DNA of 53,246 nucleotides from a virus (lineage: Duplodnaviria > Caudoviricetes): positions 1 to 53,246 of the IMG/VR virus record IMGVR_UViG_3300042945_002100. One strand, written 5' to 3'. Under the pieces are notes generated by a model, which saw only the letters and a list, made by a program, of their open reading frames with translations, had not been told where the DNA came from and searched no databases. Each line of letters begins with the position of its first letter. The stretch's first letter is position 1. Positions 28,046 to 36,410 of the stretch are shown piece by piece. Both the position numbers and the translations under genes were made by a program.

Positions 28046-29143
28046 TTACTCCTTTGGAGCAGCCTTGACTCCATATCTAGCACGGGTAATATCACCTTCG
28101 TTGTCATTGTGTATTTGTTGGAAGTCCTGCACAACAGCATGCGGAGGAATGTTGTTCATGATCAATTTCTGAATAGAATCAATATCGCCCATTAGGTGGT
28201 GTGCAAGGGACAGTTTGATTTTTTCGGGAGGAATCGGAGATTGCGTTCCAGCAGCCTTAAGTCGTATGCCAACAAAATCTCTAATTACACGCTGTGGAAT
28301 ATTTGGTCTTGGAAGTTCTTTGCCGTCTTTGTCTCTAACAGAACCGCCCACCATACTCTGAACCAAACTTTTTCCATCAAGAGGTTTGCCATCTTTGTTG
28401 GAATAGAATACTTGTCCCTCTCCCCCTCCGAGAATCATGTACACATCTCCATTGACATTGGGCGGATATGCGCCAGCAGCAATTTCTGACATTGTCTTTC
28501 CCACGCCTTCGTGAGTCAACAGCAAAATATGATCGGGTACACGACGAGGACGATTATCGTTGTTGACCATGGCAACACGCCAGTTTGTAAGTACCCATAT
28601 GATGTGAATATTTTCTTTCTTGTAACCCGACTGTATCAACATGTCAGAAATGTCTTTGATTTCTTCTGCCTTTTTTAGGGTACGATCAAAGATAATATTC
28701 GGAAGAAATGCTTTTTCGCCACCATAGGTTTCCCACTCTCTCCCCACGCTCCCCTGCTTGATTCCAAGTTTCTGCATTGAGAGTGCCCTAATGTGTGGAA
28801 AAAGCATAAAGGCAATCTGTTTCTGTTCAAGAGGCCAGTCCTTAAGAGCAAGATGTATCTTGGCAACATCATTGGGATTTCTGAAATTGATGTCCTTGAA
28901 TTGAACAAATTTACTCTTGATGCCAACTGAGGCATGAAGTTTGCCTATTCGAACAACAGCCTGCTTGAATGCATCAGGGTCGATAGTCTTGTAATCAAGC
29001 CCGTTCATTAGATTGCTGATGGCATATCCCTTGCCGCTTCCTGCCCCACCCGCCATGAATACCACCTGACCGTATCGTGCCCCATTATTGGGCATAATGA
29101 GTTTTTCTTGCAAATCTTGTTTGAAGGAAGAGAAGTCTTTCAT
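28046..29143 (-). CDS. P-loop NTPase/kinase (zeta-toxin/AAA_33-like)
   Basis: VVFMAGGAGSGKG, IDPDAFK, IIFDRT, lid-like NDNRPRRVP; ATAAATA at 29170-29176 upstream. Confidence 0.75.
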   Translation of the reverse strand: MKDFSSFKQDLQEKLIMPNNGARYGQVVFMAGGAGSGKGYAISNLMNGLDYKTIDPDAFKQAVVRIGKLHASVGIKSKFVQFKDINFRNPNDVAKIHLALKDWPLEQKQIAFMLFPHIRALSMQKLGIKQGSVGREWETYGGEKAFLPNIIFDRTLKKAEEIKDISDMLIQSGYKKENIHIIWVLTNWRVAMVNNDNRPRRVPDHILLLTHEGVGKTMSEIAAGAYPPNVNGDVYMILGGGEGQVFYSNKDGKPLDGKSLVQSMVGGSVRDKDGKELPRPNIPQRVIRDFVGIRLKAAGTQSPIPPEKIKLSLAHHLMGDIDSIQKLIMNNIPPHAVVQDFQQIHNDNEGDITRARYGVKAAPKE

Positions 29144-29190
29144 GAATACTCCATATTTGAGGTACGCAATATTTATTCAATTACCAAAAC

Positions 29191-29222
29191 AGAAACCCCC
29201 CGCTTCGCGGAGGGTTCTTTTT
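29191..29222. terminator. Intrinsic terminator, possibly bidirectional
   Basis: AACCCCCCGC-TTC-GCGGAGGGTT hairpin with T-rich and A-rich flanks. Confidence 0.7.
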
Positions 29223-29247
29223 AAGGCAGAGGTGAGTAGACTTCGAC

Positions 29248-29667
29248 TCAATCCTCGTCTTCAGTATCTAGAGATTTTGAAGATTTGACTGGCTCGTTCT
29301 CAAGTTCTTGGATGTATTTGGCGAGTGCTTCTTCGCATTGTGTGCGAGTCAGGAACGGGCCGTAGAACTCCGTGGAGGATTCGTTCCAGAATATCCAACC
29401 CATGTGGACTGCTGAATACTCCACAGGATCGTTCTTACGCAACTTGATCACCGCAGCACGGGGATTCTCGTAACGCTCGTAGGCGACCTTCTGATAGGTG
29501 CTAATCCACTCGCAAATCTCAAAATCAGCGGGGAAATGCTTGAGCAGATTACGCGCCCGTTGACGAACAGCCTTCGGAACCTTGGGGAACTTCTTGGTGT
29601 CCATCAGGTCGGTCAGGAAACTTCGGGTGTTGTGGAGCGAGAAGTAGTTCTCGTATGGCAAAGTCAT
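29248..29667 (-). CDS. BPSL0761-family-like hypothetical protein
   Basis: MTLPYE..TRSFLTDL..PKVPKAVRQRARNLLKHFP. Confidence 0.6.
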   Translation of the reverse strand: MTLPYENYFSLHNTRSFLTDLMDTKKFPKVPKAVRQRARNLLKHFPADFEICEWISTYQKVAYERYENPRAAVIKLRKNDPVEYSAVHMGWIFWNESSTEFYGPFLTRTQCEEALAKYIQELENEPVKSSKSLDTEDED

Positions 29668-29668
29668 G

Positions 29669-29944
29669 TCAGCCTCCGTACTGGTCGGGGATCATTGAAT
29701 TTGCAAGGAAGGCTACCGCGACCGTTTGAATCGCCTTCCATGCCTGTGCGCGATGAAACTCCTGCTCCGCTGCGGAGAGAGAATCAAAGTCGCCCATGTA
29801 TGTAACCATGATCTTCTCATGATCCTTTGTAAAAGCACCAACATCCATCAAAATCTTGACGGTGTTCTTGAAACTTTCGTGCTGAATCTTTGCTAATTCA
29901 TCAAGGAGTTTTGGATCATTGAGAACTTCAATTGGATTTTTCAT
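29669..29944 (-). CDS. Hypothetical protein
   Basis: GGAGG RBS; tightly packed. Confidence 0.6.
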   Translation of the reverse strand: MKNPIEVLNDPKLLDELAKIQHESFKNTVKILMDVGAFTKDHEKIMVTYMGDFDSLSAAEQEFHRAQAWKAIQTVAVAFLANSMIPDQYGG

Positions 29945-29957
29945 GCAATTCCCTCCA

Positions 29958-30119
29958 TCACTTCCCCATGTGCTTCAATTGAAGACTGGCTTCGTATGAC
30001 AGCAAAAGCAAAGCCGCCGTCATCATTAGAATTGAAATTCCAAGCGTGTAGATGAAGAACTCATCAGCCTTGCTCGTCTTCTTTTGCGCGACCTTCTTGG
30101 TTGTCTTCTTTGTTGCCAT
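29958..30119 (-). CDS. Small membrane protein
   Basis: Basic N-terminus MATKKTTKK plus one hydrophobic helix. Confidence 0.55.
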   Translation of the reverse strand: MATKKTTKKVAQKKTSKADEFFIYTLGISILMMTAALLLLSYEASLQLKHMGK

Positions 30120-30408
30120 TGTCGTTGCCTTTCTTGTTGAGAATGTTGCTGCACTCGTCAATGATGCCTACCAATCCCTTGATGTCGGCGGCACCCGTCT
30201 TTGGATTGTAATACCCGTCATAGTCAAAGAGGATTGCCCATGCTCTGAACATATCCTCTTTGAGTTCCATGTTTTCCCTTCGAACCTCATTGCAGCACTT
30301 GTTCAGCAGTTCGACTTCCGTTCGAAGTCGAAGAGTTTCATTTACAAGCGCAGTCAGGTCATCGTTCATCCATTCCGCATTCAGGAACTTTTCAAGCGGA
30401 TCATTCAT
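30064..30408 (-). CDS. Hypothetical coiled-coil protein
   Basis: ORF in tandem array; GAGGG RBS. Confidence 0.55.
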   Translation of the reverse strand: MNDPLEKFLNAEWMNDDLTALVNETLRLRTEVELLNKCCNEVRRENMELKEDMFRAWAILFDYDGYYNPKTGAADIKGLVGIIDECSNILNKKGNDNGNKEDNQEGRAKEDEQG

Positions 30409-30420
30409 TGCTTTCCCTCG

Positions 30421-30744
30421 TTACAGATCATCGACAAGGGGAACATCGCCCTTGTCCTCAAAAAACTTCCAAGCCTCGCAGCCAGCGCACTTCTCTTGGA
30501 ATTCCTCGCACTTTGGCCCCCACAGATCAAGCATCAATTGCTTCTTGCGATCAAAGGACATCTCCGACTTCTGCAAACGCTCAATCTCATCCGACAGATT
30601 CTCAATCAGGGTTATGGTGGTCTGTGAAAGGTTGAGACTTTTGATATTGATCTTGAGCCAGTCCCTTGCCTCCTTTGCCCAATTGCGTTGACCCTTTTCG
30701 GTCAGCGGGGGTTGGTAGAAAACATAAGTCTCTTCTTGCGTCAT
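30421..30744 (-). CDS. Hypothetical protein
   Basis: GGAG RBS; C-terminal WGPKCEEF..CAGCEAW Cys cluster. Confidence 0.6.
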   Translation of the reverse strand: MTQEETYVFYQPPLTEKGQRNWAKEARDWLKINIKSLNLSQTTITLIENLSDEIERLQKSEMSFDRKKQLMLDLWGPKCEEFQEKCAGCEAWKFFEDKGDVPLVDDL

Positions 30745-30745
30745 G

Positions 30746-30997
30746 TTATTCTCCATCCGTGGTGCGGAACAGGGTGTTGTTCGCGTCTGCTTCTGCCTTG
30801 TCAGAAAAGCAGTCCCATCCGCGCTCTTCTGCATACTGTGTCTCGCTCATAAGCGGAAACTGCGGTTCCCACCTTGTAACAGAAACACGCTTGCAGATTT
30901 CCCGCCTCGCCTCGTCGCGCTCGGCGCGGAGTTGAGCGATTTGCTCCTCGTACATCATCTTCTGTTCAACCATCACGGTGCGGATCATGTCAGGCAT
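30746..30997 (-). CDS. Hypothetical protein
   Basis: AGGAG RBS; LRAERDEARREIC..AEERGWDCF. Confidence 0.6.
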   Translation of the reverse strand: MPDMIRTVMVEQKMMYEEQIAQLRAERDEARREICKRVSVTRWEPQFPLMSETQYAEERGWDCFSDKAEADANNTLFRTTDGE

Positions 30998-31259
30998 TGG
31001 TATTCTCCTGCTTGTTCAGCATTGTCCACCCTTCGTTTGATAGATTGTACCATACTGTTCGTGCGGTCCCAAGCAACATCATGGATTCTTGCACGGAATA
31101 TTCCACATGGTCGATGGTTTTTGAGTATTGTCCATCTACTGTGGACAGATAACGAATTCCCACTTTTTCAATAACCCCTTTGGTGTTGGGGTATGTGACA
31201 AAAATTGCAAGTTCTTGCTTGCAAGGAGAGTACAGGGTGTAAGCCTTGGAATCCGTCAT
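30990..31259 (-). CDS. Hypothetical protein
   Basis: ORF in tandem array. Confidence 0.55.
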   Translation of the reverse strand: MTDSKAYTLYSPCKQELAIFVTYPNTKGVIEKVGIRYLSTVDGQYSKTIDHVEYSVQESMMLLGTARTVWYNLSNEGWTMLNKQENTNA

Positions 31260-31271
31260 CTTGACGCTCGT

Positions 31272-31553
31272 TCAATTCTTCAGACTGTTGACGATTTCCT
31301 TGTAGGTTGTCGGGCGGGTGATCGCCTTCTTCCCTTCCGCCGTTTCGGTGATCATCACGGCATCGTAGAGATTGCCGCTCTGTCCGATAAGTGCAGTCAG
31401 CACCGCGTACTTGGCGGTCTGCACATTGTAGCGGGAAACGACATACCAAGAACCCACGGTCAGGTTCTTGGCTCCATCATTCCAAGTCGCGTTGGGGACT
31501 TGGCTCTTCAGTTTTTCGTTGAGTGTTGCTGCGTAGAGCGTTGCATCAACCAT
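31272..31553 (-). CDS. Hypothetical protein
   Basis: ORF in tandem array. Confidence 0.6.
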   Translation of the reverse strand: MVDATLYAATLNEKLKSQVPNATWNDGAKNLTVGSWYVVSRYNVQTAKYAVLTALIGQSGNLYDAVMITETAEGKKAITRPTTYKEIVNSLKN

Positions 31554-31656
31554 CTGCGCCCCCCTTCGTGACTGCCACGGGAACGAGAACAGGTTGCGGG
31601 GCGTTGAGGGTCACCCACAGGGCGGCGGTAACGGCGAGGAAAAGAGTCAGGGTCAT
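31546..31656 (-). CDS. Small 36-aa hydrophobic peptide (not in ORF track)
   Basis: MTLTLFLAVTAALWVTLNAPQPVLVPVAVTKGGADG*; fills the gap and overlaps the next start. Confidence 0.5.
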   Translation of the reverse strand: MTLTLFLAVTAALWVTLNAPQPVLVPVAVTKGGADG

Positions 31657-31668
31657 TTCAAGTTTCTT

Positions 31669-32049
31669 TCAGCCCTTGAGGTAAGCAGGGCCATACGGAG
31701 TGAGTTTGCCGACTCCACCATCGGAGTCGAACAGATTGCCACGGGCGTGTTTGGCAGGAGCCTTGTAAGTTGCGGGCTTCAGAACATCACCCGTGAACTT
31801 GTCAATGAATGCCCAAACCGACCGCTGTCCTGCGCCATTGTCAACGATGCTGTCGATTCGCACATAGCGGCGACCATCGGTCATCTCAAGGACGCTCGGA
31901 GTCAGACCAGGAAAGTTGTTGGCATAGTTGGTGTTGACGACTTCCTGTGCCTTTTGCAGCCATTCGTCAAGACGCTGCCATGCCGTACCGTTCCAATTGG
32001 AAGGAAAGGTAGCGGAGGGAGACATGAGATTCAAGGCTTTGACGATCAT
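31669..32049 (-). CDS. Conserved phage early hypothetical protein
   Basis: SVWAFIDKFTGDVLKPATYKAPAKHARGNLF; AAGGA RBS. Confidence 0.75.
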   Translation of the reverse strand: MIVKALNLMSPSATFPSNWNGTAWQRLDEWLQKAQEVVNTNYANNFPGLTPSVLEMTDGRRYVRIDSIVDNGAGQRSVWAFIDKFTGDVLKPATYKAPAKHARGNLFDSDGGVGKLTPYGPAYLKG

Positions 32050-32058
32050 TGGATTCCT

Positions 32059-32736
32059 TCAGGCGAGGCGAGAAGCGATCACGGCAAGGACGGCACGGGC
32101 ATCCTTGATCTCACGATCAAGGGCGGCGAGGTGACGAGCGACTTGATCGTAGGCACGGCCATCGCAAGCCCAATGGGTCTCGGAAGACGAGCGCACATAT
32201 TCAGCGGTGCGGTTGATGCTTTCGTTGATGCACTCCGTGGTGCGCGTCAGCAGGACGGTCAGGGATACACCCCACTCCTTCGCAGTCTCCTCGTAGAGGC
32301 GCATCAGTTCGGTCTCAAAGACTTCGTTTTCGTAAACCTTGAGATTGGCGATCTCAACCGCGAGACCCGCATCAGTAACATCGCGCTCAAGATTTACCGT
32401 GACAACATCACGCGGACGCAGGAAGATCACATCCGCATAACGACCGTTGGGCAACTTCTTGTCGGTCAGGGCGAGGGCATAGCGAGTACCCCATTTGGTC
32501 TTGCCAGACCAAACCAAGGTTCCCGTGGAGCCTTCGTTGCGACCGTTGACAACCCTGTAGCGCACACCGACCTTCGGTTCGGGTGCAACCCACAGAGCCT
32601 TGCGCTTTTCTTTGAGTTCCAAATAACGCTTGTCGTGAGATTCCTTCGCCGTCTTTCGGGCGGCAGCAGGAATCAACACCGTGCTGAATCGCTTTCGCGC
32701 TTCGGCATTGTTGGTGTTGGGGGTCAAGGCGGTCAT
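32059..32736 (-). CDS. Hypothetical early protein (KOW/SH3-like segment plus helical tail)
   Basis: AAGGAG RBS; VGVRYRVVNGRNEGSTGTLVW. Confidence 0.65.
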   Translation of the reverse strand: MTALTPNTNNAEARKRFSTVLIPAAARKTAKESHDKRYLELKEKRKALWVAPEPKVGVRYRVVNGRNEGSTGTLVWSGKTKWGTRYALALTDKKLPNGRYADVIFLRPRDVVTVNLERDVTDAGLAVEIANLKVYENEVFETELMRLYEETAKEWGVSLTVLLTRTTECINESINRTAEYVRSSSETHWACDGRAYDQVARHLAALDREIKDARAVLAVIASRLA

Positions 32737-32760
32737 TCGGGGGTCTCCTTCGACATCACG

Positions 32761-32789
32761 ATTGTAGCAAATGCCGTATTCCTTGTCAA
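32761..32789 (-). promoter_or_regulatory. Sigma70-type early promoter
   Basis: TTGACA-N17-TACAAT on the minus strand. Confidence 0.8.
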
Positions 32790-32814
32790 GCCACATTTAG
32801 GCTATAAAGTCCGA

Positions 32815-33038
32815 TAACAACATCCCCCACGGTTTCGAACCCGTGGGGGCGTTGCCTCTCTGCGACTCTGCGAGATATCAATCAGCATGACGAGGCAGTA
32901 CCGTCAAGCAAATATTATGCAGGGGCAACCCGCCCCTGCCGCTCTGTGCCTAAAACCTGTTTAACCTCGCACAGACGAGGGCGGCTAGTCCCGAGCGAAT
33001 CGGGGCAGAGAGCGAATCTTCTTCGCCGCACTTTGACA
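32815..33038 (-). ncRNA. Candidate structured ncRNA (about 220 nt), family unknown
   Basis: Own promoter, multiple stems, closing CUCUCUGC/GCAGAGAG helix, 3' hairpin CCCCCACGG/CCGUGGGGG; no ORF of 60 aa or more. Confidence 0.6.
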
Positions 33039-33043
33039 CCCAA

Positions 33044-33072
33044 AGTATACGGTATCTATGGTCAGCCGTCAA
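33044..33072 (-). promoter_or_regulatory. Sigma70-type promoter
   Basis: TTGACG-N17-TATACT on the minus strand. Confidence 0.75.
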
Positions 33073-33081
33073 GTAACCAAA

Positions 33082-33480
33082 TCAGCGGATTTTATGTCCG
33101 ATAACACCTGTCGGCATTTCAGCGATTCCGTTGCCTGTGGTGTAGTAGATTCGGTCAAAGACCTCCACGCACCAAGGCAAGCACTTTGGACAGGGGCGAC
33201 TAATGCGCTCCTGCCCGAATCGATTGAAACGGAAATTCCAAAGTTCAAGACCGCTGCGATCATCCTCGCACTTGCGATACGCATCAAGTTCCGAATGAAG
33301 TTCGTCAAACAGGTATCCGTACTTCTTCGCCATCGGATGGGTCTTCAACAGATTCGTACCAACGGAGATGACGCGACCCTTTCGCAGAATGATGCTGCAA
33401 TGCCGCTTGGGGCGGTCGATGTGAAGGCAGATTTCCTTTGCCAACTTGTAGATGTTGCAAGGGCAGTCGATGTTATTCAT
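33082..33480 (-). CDS. Cytidine/dCMP-deaminase-fold zinc deaminase
   Basis: ISVGTN, LHSELDA (HxE), SRPCPKC (PCxxC), IYYT. Confidence 0.8.
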   Translation of the reverse strand: MNNIDCPCNIYKLAKEICLHIDRPKRHCSIILRKGRVISVGTNLLKTHPMAKKYGYLFDELHSELDAYRKCEDDRSGLELWNFRFNRFGQERISRPCPKCLPWCVEVFDRIYYTTGNGIAEMPTGVIGHKIR

Positions 33481-33836
33481 GCAATCAGCGCGTAGTTTGT
33501 CGCGTAGTTCGCGGAAGGGCTGTAGTCAAAGTCATCAAATGCTTGATAACCCTTGAAGTAGGAATGGGAGGAAGTGAAGACAAGCGGCTTGCCGCTCTCG
33601 TCAAGAGATGGCTTCCACCCGTTTCGCACAAGTTCTTCCCACATCTGGCGACCTTCCTCTTTCGTCATCAGGGTCTCACCCATGATTTCGCCATAGCGAC
33701 CGAACTTGACCTTCATGATGTTGAGTTTGTCGGGGCGCGTGAAGATATGGATTGTCTCAACCGTCCCGTCCACATAGAACAGGTTCAGGGTGTAGACAAA
33801 GCACTCGCCGTTTGCTTGGTATTGGAATTCGCCCAT
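33477..33836 (-). CDS. Hypothetical protein
   Basis: ATGA-coupled to the deaminase. Confidence 0.6.
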   Translation of the reverse strand: MGEFQYQANGECFVYTLNLFYVDGTVETIHIFTRPDKLNIMKVKFGRYGEIMGETLMTKEEGRQMWEELVRNGWKPSLDESGKPLVFTSSHSYFKGYQAFDDFDYSPSANYATNYALIA

Positions 33837-34057
33837 TTGTTGGGATTAATCTTACCACGCCTTGCCTCTTGCGTCAAGCGGTGATGTTCTCGGATTTTGC
33901 CTTGATACAGCCCTTTTGTGAATCCCGTATGTTCCCCGACTTCCTTGCCGCTCTGATAACCATATCGGTATAGCCAGAATTGGGATGCTATAAAAAATGA
34001 AAAAACAGAAATTGAGAAGAAAACAGTTTCTATAACTTTAAGGGCTTCAGTATTCAT
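33785..34057 (-). CDS. Hypothetical membrane protein
   Basis: N-terminal hydrophobic helix followed by GxxxG repeats. Confidence 0.5.
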   Translation of the reverse strand: MNTEALKVIETVFFSISVFSFFIASQFWLYRYGYQSGKEVGEHTGFTKGLYQGKIREHHRLTQEARRGKINPNKWANSNTKQTASALSTP

Positions 34058-34106
34058 GGGAAAGTATGTTCTCTTTAAGAAAAGTTGAACATGCTCTTAA
34101 CAAATG

Positions 34107-34403
34107 TCACTCGGATGCTTCGATTGCTTCTTGCATCGAAGAGCAAACGAGAAAGCCAGGTGTCCCTTCGCCTTGCCATGCACCAACTACATTAAATTCC
34201 ATAAATTCTATGGCCTCTTCTTCCGTTGGAATACCCTGTTGCATTAAGATTTCAATGCATTTTTCGTAGTCATAAATTGCAACTGCGGGCTTGCCACAGC
34301 GTCGAATAAGTCCCATGAACGCGGTTTCAAACCCATTGGCCCAAAGAGTTTCTTCGATTCTGGGCTTGATGTCATCCCACTTCTTCGTCTGTGTCGGTTC
34401 CAT
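34107..34403 (-). CDS. Conserved phage hypothetical protein
   Basis: GFETAFMG..AIYDYEKCIEIL..EEAIEFMEFNVVGAWQGEGTP. Confidence 0.7.
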   Translation of the reverse strand: MEPTQTKKWDDIKPRIEETLWANGFETAFMGLIRRCGKPAVAIYDYEKCIEILMQQGIPTEEEAIEFMEFNVVGAWQGEGTPGFLVCSSMQEAIEASE

Positions 34404-35019
34404 AATCTTCTGACTTCAACTTTCTCTGTAGTTTCTTTGCCCAAATCTCGGTCACGGTGAGTGGATATTCAACGGACTCAAACTTGAACCCACGCGCTCC
34501 TGTTGAATTTTTCTTCTTGAGAGTTGTGTAGATTCCATTCAATCGCATTGGATTGAACTTTCCTACGGGCGCAACAACATTAAGACCAGGCCACGCACCT
34601 TCCCGCGTACCAATCAGCACCGCTTCCTCATCTTTCGGATCCTTAAAGAGTACGCAGTCCTGTCCATACTTCTGACCCATCTTTTTGGCAAATCCCTTGA
34701 TGCCGCCTACCGAACCAGGAGAATCATCACGACCGATGATCAGAAACGATTCTTCGATGACTTGAATCTTCTTGTCGCCATAGTCTTCTTCGTAGCGACC
34801 GATCAGTTTTTCAAACCCGAACCCCGCAGCACGAATGTCATTTTCAAGTTTTGCGTTGTTGGTTCGGTTTGCTTGCAGGGAGATAGGCTCTCCTGTTTCC
34901 TTGTTCTTGAAGCGAAACGCAGTAAGGAGTGCAATCGGACGCTTCTGCACATGGGAAGCAATTCTAGAAAGCGAGACCTCGTTGAGTGGTTGTCTGTCAA
35001 ATCGATCTTCCTGCTGCAT
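34372..35019 (-). CDS. S-adenosylmethionine lyase (T3 SAMase-like)
   Basis: LLTAFR, IRAA, GRYEE, EESFL, YGQDCVL align with T3 SAMase motifs as recalled (LVSAFR, LRAA, GCYRE, EEKTV, WEQDCVL). Confidence 0.75.
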   Translation of the reverse strand: MQQEDRFDRQPLNEVSLSRIASHVQKRPIALLTAFRFKNKETGEPISLQANRTNNAKLENDIRAAGFGFEKLIGRYEEDYGDKKIQVIEESFLIIGRDDSPGSVGGIKGFAKKMGQKYGQDCVLFKDPKDEEAVLIGTREGAWPGLNVVAPVGKFNPMRLNGIYTTLKKKNSTGARGFKFESVEYPLTVTEIWAKKLQRKLKSEDYGTDTDEEVG

Positions 35020-35191
35020 TGCTTTCTCCTGCAAGTTCCTTTGTTTCCTTCAATTGTATGTAGAGTTTCTTGATCTCTTCAAACGCTTTGGACGATGTGA
35101 ACTTCCCTTCGTCCTCCAACTGCAATATCCACGCGACCTTTCGGGCGAACTCTCCTATGTTCGCATGGATTATGAAATCTTCGATGTCCAT
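34997..35191 (-). CDS. Hypothetical protein
   Basis: AAGGA RBS; FARKVAWILQLEDEGKFTSSKAFEEIKKLY. Confidence 0.6.
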   Translation of the reverse strand: MDIEDFIIHANIGEFARKVAWILQLEDEGKFTSSKAFEEIKKLYIQLKETKELAGESNAAGRSI

Positions 35192-35208
35192 TGAAGTTCC
35201 TTTCGTAA

Positions 35209-35547
35209 TGGAGATGAGGGGAGTCGAACCCCTGTGTTGAAATGGTGCGCCAGAGCGGCGGCTACATGATTAGTCCATGTGCGTTTGAAATGCCTTGGGC
35301 ATGGACACCCTTGGCAAGTTTTCCATCGTTCGTCTTATGAACCCAAGCACGATGGAGGCTTGTGGCTCAAGTCCCGATGATTGCGAATCGCCCCATATCG
35401 GGGTCAGTTGCGATTCGTTCGCTGATTAAGCAGCGAGGGCAAGTCTGCGGTTGGCAGTTCTTGTTTGATTGCATTTTTACGAAGCCTAGCAATCTTCTTC
35501 GTCATGCTCCGTTCTTTTGACCATCCAATCGAAACCTGTTCATCCCC
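35209..35547 (-). ncRNA. ssrA: tmRNA, tag peptide (A)ANRRLALAA*
   Basis: 5' GGGGATGAACAGGTTTCGA and 3' GGGGTTCGACTCCCCTCATCTCCA; G3.U acceptor pair; tag frame 35455-35426; 339 nt. Confidence 0.93.
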
Positions 35548-35552
35548 GAAAA

Positions 35553-35665
35553 AGGTTAGGAAGGATTTGCACCTTCTTTTCGGCTTTGTCGGTCAATTTA
35601 CAGTAGACCGTTTTACACCGATGCAAGTCTTGTCAACTCCGCGTGTTCATACCACGCCGCTAACC
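35553..35665 (-). ncRNA. tRNA-like RNA (113 nt) with extended extra arm
   Basis: GGTTAG/CTAACC acceptor, GCGTG/CACGC arm, GAAGG-TGCAAAT-CCTTC T-arm. Confidence 0.65.
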
Positions 35666-35676
35666 AAAAAAGAGAA

Positions 35677-35874
35677 TTACTTGACAACAGCAGTTGTCAC
35701 GATGTCCCATGCCGCCTTGAGGGCATCAGCACAAAGGACTGCGCCGTTCCAAGCAAACGGAAGTAGCGCGAGAGTAACGAGCAGACTGCGGGTGATCCCG
35801 ACCTTCGAAAGAAGGCACGAAACCTTATCACAACCACTCATCACGGGGCAAACACTTGTCTTAACCTTGTCCAT
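35677..35874 (-). CDS. Small membrane protein
   Basis: AAGGAG RBS; CPV..C....C then a hydrophobic helix. Confidence 0.65.
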   Translation of the reverse strand: MDKVKTSVCPVMSGCDKVSCLLSKVGITRSLLVTLALLPFAWNGAVLCADALKAAWDIVTTAVVK

Positions 35875-36025
35875 TTTTATTCTCCTTTCTGGATTGGTTG
35901 ACATTCTTGGCCGTCCTGGCCTTTTTGGGTTTCTTCCTGTTGAAGATTGCATCCCAATTTTTTGACCACATCATGCGGTCAACAGGGCGATATGTATCGC
36001 CTTTTCCTGCTTCGCCACTCAGCAT
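35861..36025 (-). CDS. Small basic 54-aa protein (not in ORF track)
   Basis: MLSGEAGKGDTYRPVDRMMWSKNWDAIFNRKKPKK..; TGATG-coupled to the upstream ORF. Confidence 0.6.
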   Translation of the reverse strand: MLSGEAGKGDTYRPVDRMMWSKNWDAIFNRKKPKKARTAKNVNQSRKENKNGQG

Positions 36026-36378
36026 CAAAGATCAACCTTCTCGCGAATGGTCGAAACTTTGATTCCGATGACGGATAGTTCTTCGCCTGTCATTGGATCT
36101 TTCTCCTTGCCAAGACCTCTGACTTCAGAGATATAGCGTCTGTCCGACACCACACCAAGTTCAGCAATTGCGTCACCAACACAAATGAAGGGACCGCCTT
36201 CTGGATCCATATAGAGGACACGCTTTGAGTCGCCACCTGTACGGCAGTAGCGCATCTTTCCCGTCAACTTGTATTCGTTTGCAGATGTCTTCCAAATGGT
36301 TCGTCGGTCACCATAACGAGAGTTAAACGATGAAACGATCCAAGGAAGAACTTCCTCTGTCAATGAAGTAATGTTCAT
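36025..36378 (-). CDS. Hypothetical protein
   Basis: SRYGDRR..YMDPEGGPFICVG. Confidence 0.6.
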   Translation of the reverse strand: MNITSLTEEVLPWIVSSFNSRYGDRRTIWKTSANEYKLTGKMRYCRTGGDSKRVLYMDPEGGPFICVGDAIAELGVVSDRRYISEVRGLGKEKDPMTGEELSVIGIKVSTIREKVDL

Positions 36379-36410
36379 ATCAGAAACTATACCTTACTTG
36401 CCTGACCGTG

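Noticed and set aside
31594-32817. 407-aa + strand ORF
   Set aside because: Antisense shadow of GC-rich minus-strand genes that have RBSs and a promoter; no motifs
35465-35965. 166-aa + strand ORF
   Set aside because: Antisense to the tmRNA 5' end, the tRNA-like RNA and small genes
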